A stretch of 64,000 nucleotides of DNA, taken from the NCBI GenBank assembly GCA_904063045.1, contig CAJFCJ010000006.1, forward strand, positions 4,232,408 to 4,296,407, read 5' to 3'. The notes beneath the pieces were generated by a model. The model was not told the origin of the DNA. It did no database searches and saw nothing but the letters and a program-made list of their open reading frames with translations. A program made the position numbers and the translations under genes. Shown here piece by piece: positions 26,178-38,119 of this stretch (the first letter of the stretch is position 1; each line of letters begins with the position of its first letter). This DNA is from Dimorphilus gyrociliatus. Lineage: Eukaryota > Animalia > Annelida.

Positions 26178-27404
26178 ATGGAAGATTGTGTTTATACTAC
26201 AATTACTGGAGCAGCTGGAAATGCTGCTTATTCTTTTATTCCGTTATTAGCTCAAGCTAATCCTTTTGAAAAGGTTTTTATATTAGATATTTCTTACTTA
26301 GAAAGTAACGAAACGTCATATTATATTCATTTCTTTTAACAATTAGCCTATGTATCTTTCTCTACTTGGATCAAAAGGTACTGTAGAAAAGTTAGAGGCA
26401 ATTAAAATGGAAATAGAAGATTGCTGTTTCAATTCTATTAGAGGTTAAGATATTTAAACTTACTTTACGACTCATCTCTAACCAATACATAAATATATTT
26501 TTTATAGGAGTATATGTGACTGATGATCCGGATAAGGCCTTTGGAAATAGTCATTGGATTATTATGATGGCATCAATTGCCAAACCAAAGACAGTACTTG
26601 AGCGAAGTTACCTTTTAAAGCAGAATGTTTTAATATTTAGGGAGCACGCAATATCCTTAAATAAATACGCAAGACAGGATGCTAAGATAATAGTTGTTTC
26701 TAATCCTACTAATACACTGGCGATGGTCTGTCGGAAATTCGCTCCAAATATAAAAACAGAAAATATAACATGTATGAATAGAATTGAACACAATAGAGCT
26801 GTGGGTAAGATTCTAAGAGCTTTTCCAAATGCCCATCTCGACTTAAATAAACTGACTTTATGGGGAAATCATTCAGAGAGTGTTGGAACTGATGTTAGTC
26901 GAATTGAATTGCCTTCATTATATGACATAAATACCTTCAAAAAAGATCTTATTGAGGTTAATTGAATAGTTTCATATTGTTTGCTAAAATTCCCTATAGT
27001 TTTTATTATTTTATTAGTTTGTCAGATTCAGGGGACAAAATGTGCTGAGAGCAAGAGGCGAGCCCAGCTGTTTATCCGCAGCGAAAGCTGTTCTAGACCA
27101 AATTCAAACTTTATTGAGGCCATCAAAATATGTAAGATAAGAGGTTTTAATTAGATAATAAATCTAATAATTTTGGTGATTTTAGGGCGAATGGACTACC
27201 TTGGGAGTCGAATCTAAAGGATACTATTCCTTTCCCAAGAACCTATTTTGTTCCTTACCAGTTCAAGTGAAAGAAAATTCTCAATTCGAAATAATAAAAG
27301 ATCTAACAATACCGAAAGAGTTGGAAGGCTTGTTTCAAACATCAATTCAAGAGCTGATCAACGAGCGTCACTTAGTGGAAGAAGTTTTAAATAATAGCGA
27401 ATAA
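26178..27404 (+). CDS. Divergent cytosolic-type malate dehydrogenase (MDH1-like), multi-exon
   Basis: ITGAAGNAAYSFI Rossmann motif, KMEIEDC, VVSNPTN, NRIEHNRA, LWGNHSES, RGQNVLRARGEPSCLSAAKAV and C-terminal SLPVQVK all align to MDH1. Confidence 0.85.
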
Positions 27405-27483
27405 ATTTTTTAATGAAAACATTTTTATATAAATACTTTATCACAGTTTTTTATTTTTTTAAATACAACACCAATTGGTTTAC

Positions 27484-29277
27484 TTATTGTTTACCTTCAA
27501 GTGTTTCAATTTGGGCCATAAGATCTACAACGCCATTCCAAACTTCGTCAAAACTTGGTTGAATTGCACTTGCTGGTGGATCAAATCCTGGTCCGCGAAG
27601 TTCAGGAGTGAAAGAATATTTAATTCCAGCGGTATCATAAGCAAAATCCATAGTGGCACCAGAAGCTGGATCTGTAAATATAATTTTACCATGAAAACCT
27701 TAGTCCCTATAATAGTATTCATGAATACTAACAGATGGTAGTGCATACTGTTCCTCTATCCCATGAGGTTCCGAAAGTGTTTTCGATACCATCGGCGAAG
27801 GCATTAGCGGCGGCCAATTGATCTTGATGGTCAGATGGGTAAGCACACTCTCCGTTGGCATCAGTGTGTCCGTAAGGGATAAGGATCATTTGAGCAGTTG
27901 TGTGGATTGTAGTAAGAGAAATAATATTACTACCGATGTTACGAAGGTAGTTCTGTAGAGAAGAAAAAATATGTTTTAATTATTTTAATAACTATTGAAT
28001 AAGTTGAAAATTCTTACTTGAACGGCTTGAGTCTCAACTTCAGAAGCTGCAGAAGATCCACCATAGGTATCAGAGCATGGATTGGTTGAAGTTCCATCGT
28101 CTTTATAATAAATAGATTTTCGTGAACATTTAAATTATTGAATTAATAATCTGCTGTAACTTACTAAGCCAGTTGGCGTCATAGTTACGGTTCAAATCAG
28201 TACCAACACATGAAGATCCAACGTTAGGGCTTCTATTCTTACGCCAGAATCTCTAAAAGATGAAAATATCTCATGGAAAATGATTGTTAATTGTAAATAT
28301 ATCAAAGTACAAACAGTAGTGAAATCTTGCCAACTGTAAACGTAACCATCTGGGTTCATAACAATGACGAAATAGAAATCGTATTTGTTAAATAGAGAGA
28401 CGGCGTTGGAATCTTGTTGGGAAATTATCTGTTTTTTTTTAAATTGTACCAATATGATTCAACGTTGGAAATCTAATTTTCATTCAATTTTGACTTACGG
28501 CGTCCAACAATTTCAAATTGGTAGCTGGAGCCAACCATTCTCTGGCGTGGATAGCGGAATCGAACCAAACAATTTTACGAGTTCCTGGCTTAGTAATTTT
28601 CAAAAGTCTGATTGGTCTTCCTTGGGGACTATTACCGATATCTTCCAAAGTACAGGAAGCACCGCTTGGGCATCTGGCAACGAAATCATCCAAACCAGCA
28701 AGGATGTCTTCAAAAGTATTGAAATCGTTGATGTCAAATACTCTTGGTTTATCGTTTCTCATAAGGAAATTTCTCTTCAAATCACTGAAAGAAAGCATTT
28801 GATATATTAAATGAAAATTATGTGAAAATGGATAGGTAGGATAAAAAGTAAATCTTACGCAGCAGCATTCTCAGTAACTGTAAAGTATCTCATTTCGAGC
28901 ATAGAGAAGAGTTTGTAGCTGCTTGAAACTTGTTCCTTGGGAATAATAATTTCAGCGGCAACACCAACTTTGCGAGTGCTTTTCAAAAAGTCAATCTAAA
29001 TAAATCGCAAAGAAAGTCAAATATATTCAAATGGTTAAAAAGTCAGAATAAGAAAAATAGCGTACTCCATCTTTTCCTTCTAATTGCATCAGCCATTCAA
29101 CTTGATGTTCAGTATCAGGAATCACATAGACGACATGATATCTATATAATATAAGTATATTAATGAAACAAATAATAGATGAAAGAAGACTTGAATAACC
29201 TACCCTTCGTAGTCTGGTGTATCTTGAGCGGCAAAAACCGCAGCCACAAAAGCTAAACAAATCGTAAGCAACTTCAT
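27484..29277 (-). CDS. Secreted metallocarboxypeptidase (M14A, carboxypeptidase A-like), copy 2, multi-exon
   Basis: Signal peptide [52 protein letters not shown]; stop TAA at 27484-27486. Confidence 0.95.
28163..28784 (-). repeat. Inverted copy of the 622-bp block at 13746-14367
   Basis: See partner block; same length, identical introns. Confidence 0.93.
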
Positions 29278-29628
29278 TCTCTAATGCGCAGAGATACACC
29301 AACGTCTGTCACCTTTTTATACGTTTATTAAAACATTATTATCTATTTTGAAATATAGCAAATGTTATATTCTCATATGTTCATTCTGTCAAAATATTTT
29401 TATTTTCCTCTATTAATTATTTTTTTAATAGAATATTAGAAAACTTTTACAAATAATCTATAAAGTAAAATGATATCCAACTGTCTATTCACAAAAGGTA
29501 AATGCCGACAAAAGTATTTTGGGAATTTCCATTAATGTTACTATATACTTACGCAAAAGAAATTTTACTCTCTTTTTTCACCTAGATAGTATAGTTTGTA
29601 AAATTTAATGTAAATTTAATATAGAATG

Positions 29629-30506
29629 TTACGTAGAATTATTCGTTCTCTTTAGGAAGTTTGTGGGTATTTCTCGGTTAGAAATTCGTCTTATACCTTC
29701 CTGAAGCTGTATAGATGTATTTTCTTGGGTGTTGTTATCAGATGAATTGATGGGGCTTTGTCCAACACCTGAGTTCCTATTTCCTATTTGTATCTGATAC
29801 TTAAGTCGTTTATTAAGCTCTATAAACCTTGGAAATTCTATTAGAAGAAACACGACTGAGAGAGTAAGAAAAACTTCTGTTGCGATAAACATATAGAAGC
29901 CCCAACTAAATGACTCTGCAAAAAAACTTGGTCTCATCTGTTTGCCATTTGCTGCATATATAATAACGGCACTTAATCCAAAAAACACTGTAAATTAATA
30001 ATTTCATAGGATAAAGTAATATTTCATATTAATTTATTTCGGTTACCTGCAGCAATATTGCAGCATAAAGTAAAAAAAACCATTTCAGAATACCCTCTTA
30101 ACTTTCTAGAGAATGTGTAGCTAACAAAGACTAAACTAGCAACTATTGTAAATATAAGGGATAACGTTACTGTTGCCTGAAATCCTTCAACCCATTTTTT
30201 TGCAAATTCTAAAAACAGATAAGTTTAATTGGAGCAGTCGATTATTAAATTTTTCATACTTATTTCTATTTCACTTTCTTGTATAGAGCTACAATAGATA
30301 TTTTGAGAGGTTTTCTTATCATGAAAACAAGCCTTCCAAACTCCAGAATTAACCATCCGTTCAAGACTCTCCCCTATTGTCCATGTTGTACTAGAGAAAC
30401 TAACTAGAAATATAATGGCACCGGAGACTAAAAAAGTCAGAGAAATGCTTCCCGCAATTGATATAGCGTCACAAAATCCCTTCAAAGGGCGAGTATGACT
30501 GCTCAT
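29629..30506 (-). CDS. Claudin/PMP22-like four-TM protein, multi-exon
   Basis: TM1 followed by W...SGVWKAC...YC (W-GLW-C-C signature variant); TM3/TM4 FGLSAVIIYA...FSWGFYMFIATEVFLTLSVVFLL. Confidence 0.68.
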
Positions 30507-30909
30507 AATTCCGTACGAAATACTTTGAGAAGTCAATATTTCATATATTATCGTAATCTCTGGTGATTTAAGAATAAGATATCTAAATGATAAGCTTATA
30601 AACACATACATAAATATATATATATATAGTGTATAAAATTTATGTATATAACACTTTGTGAACTCTTGATAAGGTTTTATTGAAAGAGATAATCGAAGAG
30701 CAGTGATTTAAGTGTTTTGTTTAATATTAAAAAAGACCAATAAATGATTAATCAATATTAATTTTCTTTCTATTTGTTTCAAAAACAGTATATAGAAAAA
30801 AGGAAAAAAATACTGTCTAACATAAAATAATGAAAAAGAGAATATATTCTCTTCCAAACATAAATTCACTATCTTCAAAGAGAAGAATAAAGAACAAATA
30901 TATGAAAAA

Positions 30910-33112
30910 TTATTCTTTAACTCCGTATTCCTTATTTAAGACATCTAATTTTCTTTGATCACAGGCTTCATACATATCACTTCTCCCTTGCAAGGAAACA
31001 GCCAATCTCAAAGTGGTCCAAATATTTTCACTTGTTACAGTTCTTTCACCTTTGGGTCCTTTTGAATTATGTTGTAAATTTAATGCTGCTAGAAAGTGTT
31101 CAACTGCCTCTTTATATGCTGATAAGTTTATGCAGGCCACTCCCAAATTAAATCTTGTTCTAACGTACCCTGGAGCCAAATTCAATGCTCTACTATAAGC
31201 TTCGATTGATTGTTCAGATTTCCCACTATTTGCCAGAGTTGCTCCGAGTTTATTCCATAATAGAGCATCTCCGTCGCGAATTTGTAAAGCCGCTTGAAAA
31301 CAGTCTACAGCTTTATCATATTCACCAGTCAAATTAAAAATAATTCCTAAGCCTATTTGTACGTCGGGGTCGATTTGAGCTGAATTTTGCCTAACGGCCT
31401 GAATGTATAAATTTTTTATCTTGTCTCTCTTAGATCTGTAAAAAGTTTACACGTAAAATTATTATTCTTATAGCATAAACAAGACGAGATATACTTACAA
31501 AGGAACATAGCTGCTGGCGTCTCTATGATCTCCTAACTCGGGCACCAAACCACGATATTTTTCATTGTGAAATAGCCATCTTTCTAGAGCTTCACAAGCC
31601 TTGGATTGCAAAGATTCATTTGTGTAAGAAACAGCTAGAGCTAGTAGGGCTGTTAAATTGTTAGGTTGGATTTCTAAACATTTCTTCAGAGCCGCTATAG
31701 CAGCTACTTCCTGTTCATTATCAGCCATTGTTGTACCAAGATATTGCCAAGCTTCAACATGATTTGAATCTTTTTGAACGGCTGCTTCGAATAACAGAAC
31801 AGCATTAGAGATATCTCCTTCCTTTAGTCGCTTCAACCCCTCTTCAAATGGAGCAGGATGCTCTAAGAGGGGGTTATCTTCTTCAAAATTATACTCATTG
31901 TATTTAGCAGGCTCAAAATTTTCAAATTCGTTTAACCAAGGATGTTCTCCTTCTTCAGACCTATTAAAATATAGATTATATATATATATATAATCAAGCT
32001 CTTTATATAACTACTTCATTAGATCATCCCACTCCTTTGTTAATTTATCCCAGTAGGCGGCGCCATCAGCAGGTTCAGTCATTTCTCTTGCGGCCTAAAG
32101 GATTTATAAACATAGATGCTTTATAACATGCAGAATAATTTACTTGAACTACCTTTTGACTACTTTCGAATTCTTTAGCCCAAGTATCACTTTCTCTTTC
32201 CTGACCTTTCAAAAACTCTTTATTCCAATCAGTTTCCTTTAATAAATCAGCTTCACTTTCTTTTGCAACCCTATTCTCTAAAAAATTTTTAAATTCAGAA
32301 TATTCGAATCTTTCATCTTTCATTCCTTGAGCCAAATCCAAGGCAGCTTTTTGCAATTCGGTGGGATCAGAGCTCTCTATTTTTTCATCGTCTAATCCTA
32401 CAGTTTGGATATATTCATTTTCCCAATTTGAGTGACTTTGAAACGCAGGCATAGGAGATACATGATGCATAGGTTGTATAGCATTTATGTTTGCACCTGG
32501 ATTAATAACTTGATTAGAAGACTTTGGTCGAGAGCTCAGATAATCATCAACCCATTGAGATGATTGAACAGGTTGATTAAAATGTTTAGGGTGATCAAGA
32601 TTTTGAACTTGACGCATTAACTCTCCCATGTGAAATGTACCAGGTGCCATTGGATGACTACCCCGTTCATTGTGAAGAAATTCTGTGACCAGCTGAAAAC
32701 AAAACAATATATAAATATACATTATATATATATGTATATATAGTTTTTTTTAATCCAATGATTCATATTTCAAAGCATAACCAGATGTCTGATAAAGCTT
32801 AATTTGATTAAATAACAAATTTATGACTGAATTTAAAGAAGCAACTAAATAAACTAAATGCAAAATGAATTTACCTCTTCTTCATGAGCTTGGCCAAAGG
32901 GCTTTGGTACAAATGCTGTAGCGCCTCTTGCCCCTCGTAAATCCTTTGAAACAAATAGTTTATAATTTATTCAGAATGTTTTAAAAACAATTGAAATATT
33001 AATTAGAATAACTCACTTCTTTTCTGGCTAAATCTTGTGTAAAATGAGAGGTTAACTTCATTAGTGGATTTGCTCCACCGCAATCTCGATCAACTAACTC
33101 TTTCATAGACAT
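30910..33112 (-). CDS. PEX5: Peroxisomal targeting signal 1 receptor, multi-exon
   Basis: N-terminus [26 protein letters not shown] with the conserved Cys; WxxxF/Y motifs (WVDDY, WENEY, WNKEF, WAKEF, WLNEF); TPR domain [46 protein letters not shown]. Confidence 0.96.
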
Positions 33113-33830
33113 CTTCGACGCTTTGTTACTAGGATGTTTATTTAGTGAAAAATCAGTAGAGGGTAAAGTCAATGAAATATTATAAATCTTGCAAAAAGAA
33201 TATATATATATGTATTAAACAAGACTATTAAGCAGACAATGTGAATATATGGGACAGTTTTTCAAGACTACCGTCCACAACGTATTTGACCTAAAGTAAA
33301 AATTTTCAGTTACCAGTTTATTTTATATTTACTTCAAATAGCAAGTACAAAATGACCTACAACTCACTAACAGCCAGTCATAGAGAATAATTTTTGATAT
33401 ATGCTAAAAGTACAAAAATTGCTTATCGATAATTAACTGTTAAGGTGAGTAAACATACATGGTTTTGCCCATAAACTCGAAGCTTAAACTATCCACGCAA
33501 CCTCGCTCTTCAATTATTCTCGTAAAACCATTAAATCAAAAAGGAAAAATGCTGATTTTATATATTTAAAAGTCATTGAAACAGAAAAATATTTTTTATA
33601 CGAAGATGTTTTTAAAATTCTATGAGGGAAATTTTTGTTCTGGGGCACCAGCGCCACCGTCCGTCCCAGTATACTTTATATATAAGATTGGAAGATTATT
33701 AATATAATCTTATGAAAAGCTTATCAATAATAAAACTCAGGTTATAACATTGTCCTACTTACATGTTATTCAATTCTCAGACTTTTCTAACTTATTATTC
33801 GAAATATCGCTCATCATATCATTCTCTCCA

Positions 33831-36281
33831 ATGGAAGGATCTCGTGAGGAGGTTTCTCTAAAGGCTACAGTTATTAAATCGGAGACTACTATTCCTGGTA
33901 TGAATTATGCAATTGCTACTGAAAATTACAAGTGTGACAAATGTGAGTTTGATACTATTTATTCTAGAGCTTATCTAGAACATAAAAGTGAATATCATGG
34001 AGAAAAGCTCAAGATCTACCACTGCCATTATTGTAATTACTCATCTGAATATGAACATTCATTGAAAAAGCATATGAGTATAAAGCATACAGACCTAAAA
34101 TATAATTATACCTCATCGTCAGAAACCGTCAATAATTTCATTGGAATTCCTCATAATAATTTGATGACCAATAATAATAATAATAATATTAAACCTAACC
34201 ATATTAATAAAAAGAAGTTTAGCTGTACATATTGTGAAAAATTTTCAACGAGTGATATTACCAAAATTCGCAAACATATTCGAGGACATCTTCAAAACAA
34301 AGGTGATGGCTCTTGTAACTACAGTAGCTCGAACGAGACTGGAAATGAAAGCTCTGTCACTCCAAAGAAAAGGCGATCTCCGACGGAATTTTCAACGTCC
34401 AACAAAAAATTTTGTTCAATAACTAGAAGAGCTGAATTCGGAACTGTTTTACGGAAAAAACGTCGAAAAAGCTGTAATATAGAAATTGGGAAAAAACCCA
34501 ATAAGAAGACTAAAAGGCGTAATTCAATTCAATTTGGACCCAAAGAAGCAACAACTCAAATTCACTGTATGTATTGCGAATATTCAAGTGTGAATTGGTC
34601 TAATTTTTTATGTCATAAGAGCAATCATCAACCAGGTCTAGGACAATTCAAATGCATTGAATGCTCATTTAACAATCCTAAGCAATACGTAGTAAAAAGG
34701 CATTACAATACATATCACAAATCAAAAGGTATTCAGTTAGGACCAGATTCATCTGTCTGTATAGTCAACGAGGAAGATGTAAATAAAAAGGAGGCAACGA
34801 AAGATATCAATGATGAGAATCTGAAGAAAGAGGAAGAAGAATCTTCACCTAATAAAGAAGTTTCAAATAACGAGCTACATCAAAATGATGTATTTAACTT
34901 TCAAATGCAACTTTCTGAACCTGAGGATGAGAAAAAAGTTAATGAAAAATCGATTAATAATATACGCCGGGACTTTTTTCGCTGCAAACTATGCTATAAA
35001 GTTAAATTTGGTTGCTACTCTAATGCCTTAAACCATGTCAGAACGAAGCACAACAACAATAAAAATCTAATCACAAAGCACGAGGACTTAAGTCCGAAAA
35101 AGCAAAATCTTAACTGCCTAGAATGTCCATTTGTTGCTCGTACGGCTGTACAGCTCTCAAAACATAAGGAACTGCACAAGAAAATTCCAGGATATATTAA
35201 ATGCAGATATTGCTCATATAACGTTAAAGTAAAATATGCTTTGTATGTTCATGAGCAACTTCACACGACAAGTGATACGGAGCAGGAAGAATCGAATGAA
35301 GATCAAGAAACTGATGTATATCAAGAAAATAAAGATTCTGTTGAAAAGCTGGATGAAGATGATAAAGTGGGTTATTCTAAACAATTCTCAGTGAGATTAA
35401 GAGCAAAAGCTAGAACAATTGGAAAAGTAACAAAAATTGAAAAGCAATATTGCTCTAATTGCCCTTTCTCAACCATCGACGCAGAAGCTTTTGAAGATCA
35501 TATACTGCGTCATGAAAACGAGCTTGCCTCTGAGTTTGAATGTAGCGATTGCTCATATGCAGGAAAATCACGACAAGACCTGACGAAACATTCGAAGCTT
35601 CATGAGAAGGAGTTTAACGCAAACAATGGTGAATTTGCCTGTGAAAAGTGTCCTTACGCAACGAAAATTCAAGAAAGAATTATTAGACACTGTTCGTTGC
35701 ATGGTGCGACGTCGTTACGATATGGATGTCAATTTTGCAGCTACTTCTCCGTCAATATTCAATTTCTGAAGGAGCATAGCAAATTGCATTCAAAGCCTTC
35801 AGATCATTTGGTATATACTCATTCAATAGAAGCTTTAAAGAATGCCGCTAAGAGAGCTATGATATACAATAAAGATGATAAGATGTTTCATGACGAGCTA
35901 CAGCTATATGAACATAGTTCAGTCTATAGCAGACCAACTACAGGTGTTTCTCAGGCATGTACTCTATGCCCTTATATAGCAATTGATTCAAGTGATCTTG
36001 TTGAACACCAGAAAGGCCATAGTTTGGATACTACTTCACCTTTTAGATGCTTCGACTGTAATTTTGGTGCAACAACCAGATCAAGTTTTCTAAAACATGT
36101 CCTTTGTCATTCCATTTGTGATGTTGATCGTTTATATGACCTTTTGATGCAGCAGGAAATCTCGGGTATATCTAAACCTATCCCACCCTTTAAAGCTTAT
36201 CAAATGGGTAGAGCCGCAATGGCACTTTCGGAAAATCATTCAATGGAAGATTGGATTGTAGCAATGAAAAAATGTTATTAG
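33831..36281 (+). CDS. Multi-C2H2 zinc-finger protein, single large exon
   Basis: Many CxxC...HxxxH units (e.g. CDKCEFDT...HKSEYH, CHYCNYSS...HMSIKH, CLECPFVA...HKELH). The likely ATG is 33831 (MEGSREE); the ORF-track start at 33750 is a TTG. Confidence 0.9.
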   Translation: MEGSREEVSLKATVIKSETTIPGMNYAIATENYKCDKCEFDTIYSRAYLEHKSEYHGEKLKIYHCHYCNYSSEYEHSLKKHMSIKHTDLKYNYTSSSETVNNFIGIPHNNLMTNNNNNNIKPNHINKKKFSCTYCEKFSTSDITKIRKHIRGHLQNKGDGSCNYSSSNETGNESSVTPKKRRSPTEFSTSNKKFCSITRRAEFGTVLRKKRRKSCNIEIGKKPNKKTKRRNSIQFGPKEATTQIHCMYCEYSSVNWSNFLCHKSNHQPGLGQFKCIECSFNNPKQYVVKRHYNTYHKSKGIQLGPDSSVCIVNEEDVNKKEATKDINDENLKKEEEESSPNKEVSNNELHQNDVFNFQMQLSEPEDEKKVNEKSINNIRRDFFRCKLCYKVKFGCYSNALNHVRTKHNNNKNLITKHEDLSPKKQNLNCLECPFVARTAVQLSKHKELHKKIPGYIKCRYCSYNVKVKYALYVHEQLHTTSDTEQEESNEDQETDVYQENKDSVEKLDEDDKVGYSKQFSVRLRAKARTIGKVTKIEKQYCSNCPFSTIDAEAFEDHILRHENELASEFECSDCSYAGKSRQDLTKHSKLHEKEFNANNGEFACEKCPYATKIQERIIRHCSLHGATSLRYGCQFCSYFSVNIQFLKEHSKLHSKPSDHLVYTHSIEALKNAAKRAMIYNKDDKMFHDELQLYEHSSVYSRPTTGVSQACTLCPYIAIDSSDLVEHQKGHSLDTTSPFRCFDCNFGATTRSSFLKHVLCHSICDVDRLYDLLMQQEISGISKPIPPFKAYQMGRAAMALSENHSMEDWIVAMKKCY

Positions 36282-36560
36282 AATCTTTTAGATACAAATT
36301 TTTTGTTTTATAATTCTGATTTGTTATTGCCATTATCAATTTTCTAAAACTCAATGTCTTCAAATTTTGACAAAATCTTATTCCTTTTTCTAACGATTAA
36401 GAGTACTTTCTTCCTAACTTTTGTTAACATGTTTGTTTAATCTATATTCTTCTTTTTCTATGCAGGAATAACAACCTTCTCAATGATTCTTAATATATTA
36501 GAAATAACAGCGACAAAAAATTGATCTTGCATATTAGATCTAATAATCTAATTTAAAAAA

Positions 36561-37860
36561 TTAAAGAGCGGCCGATTCTTCATCACCGTCATGCTCCAAT
36601 TCACCATATTTGTCGTGAGCCCATTTGTCATTATCTTTTGTATTGACCTTTGAATCATTCCATCTTCTTTTCATATTGTTTCTCGGCTGCCAAGATCTCA
36701 TACCTCCACGATTATTTCGATGAGAATGATTTGAATCCATTCTATTATCATGCTGTTAAACAAAAAAATTTAAATATGGAAATACTCTTGTTTGTTAGTA
36801 CCTCATAATAACTTCTTCCCTTAGGCACAACATCTGGATTCAATTGCCAAGATTCAACCCTACCTTTGTCACGTCTCTTTCCAAAATCAGGCAGATTTCC
36901 TCTCCTGTTAGACGGATAGTTCTGTCTTTCGCTTAAAGTAAAACGACGAGTCAAATTTTTTAATTTATTATGAACTTATATTCAAATTACCTTAATTTAA
37001 CATCAAAACGCCTCCTTCTATATAAACAAAAAATATAAAGTATTTTCAATTGATATTATAACTTCTTACTAACCTATTTTCTCGTTTACTATCTTTCCAT
37101 CCGTCGCCGGTTGAGTGTATAACAGATGATACTACAGATGTTGGATCTATTGCTCCTGCACGCTTTTCATCCTCAACTTCAATATCATTTTTAAATTCTG
37201 GTCTTTTACATAAAGGTTTATCACCGTCGTCTCTCTTTCGGAAGACAACTACGGCTGAAGTGTCAATAAACGGAGGAATAACGGCTGGAAAGTTTCCTTG
37301 AATGTTTCTCTCGATACCAATTGTAATATTATCTTGAGCGACAAATTTTTCCTTATTTGAATTAGAAAATCGCTCATTAAAGGACATTGTTGTGTGTTTC
37401 TTTCTTGTTTCTTGCCGACTGTTTAAACAATAATAATAGTAAAAAACGTTTACTATTGTATAAGTTTACTACTCCTCTAACCTGTTCCTAACTACTTTGA
37501 AACTTTCATAACTTCCAGATTTGATTATTTCCTTTAATGATTTTCTAGACGATGAAATTCCTGATTTTCTATCCCGAGAACGTCTGCGGGGACTTCTGCT
37601 CCTTCTATTTCTTATGTTATCATGACTTCTTGATCGACTACGTCGATATGTGCCTTTGGACGGGGATCTACTACGCCTTGGCGACAAACGACGTTTTCTG
37701 TGTCTAACAGAAAATAAAGAAATCAACTTTTGATGTAATTCTCTTTCGTAATAAAGCGTAGCAGGATTATCGTTGGAAAAACGATGTTTTATTTTCAAAT
37801 AACCTGCAATTATCGCTCGAAACAAATAAATTACTACCACTCTTCAACATACCTATCCAT
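36561..37860 (-). CDS. RS-rich protein with Btz/CASC3-like motif pair, multi-exon (5' end uncertain)
   Basis: RSRSPS...RSRSRS region; LNPDVVPKGRSYYE|.DNR and DKWAHDKYGE resemble the Btz domain motifs (NP.YIPR.G.FFEHD.R ... W.HDKF). Stop TAA at 36561. Confidence 0.55.
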
Positions 37861-38119
37861 TAATTATTATAAAATTCTAAAAAGCTGGAAATGGGTGAAA
37901 TCACTGCAAAAGTAAGTATATTGCAGAATTATGCTTTTTATAGTAAAAAAAACATTAGATTGCAACACCCCAAATTTTTAATCTGCTAGTCGAAACAACT
38001 TCTATATCAGTTCGGTGTCCACAACTGAGTAAAGATCTGCAATTTGTAAATAAGAATAAAAAACAACATAAATTACTCAATTCTTTGTAAAAATATATAT
38101 AAGCCTAAAATAAATCAAA

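Noticed and set aside
33750-33830. ORF-track extensions starting at TTG/GTG/CTG (e.g. zinc finger 33750, MDH 26516, UNG 52431)
   Set aside because: The prokaryotic start rule does not apply; these are 5' UTR or intron read-through into real exons.
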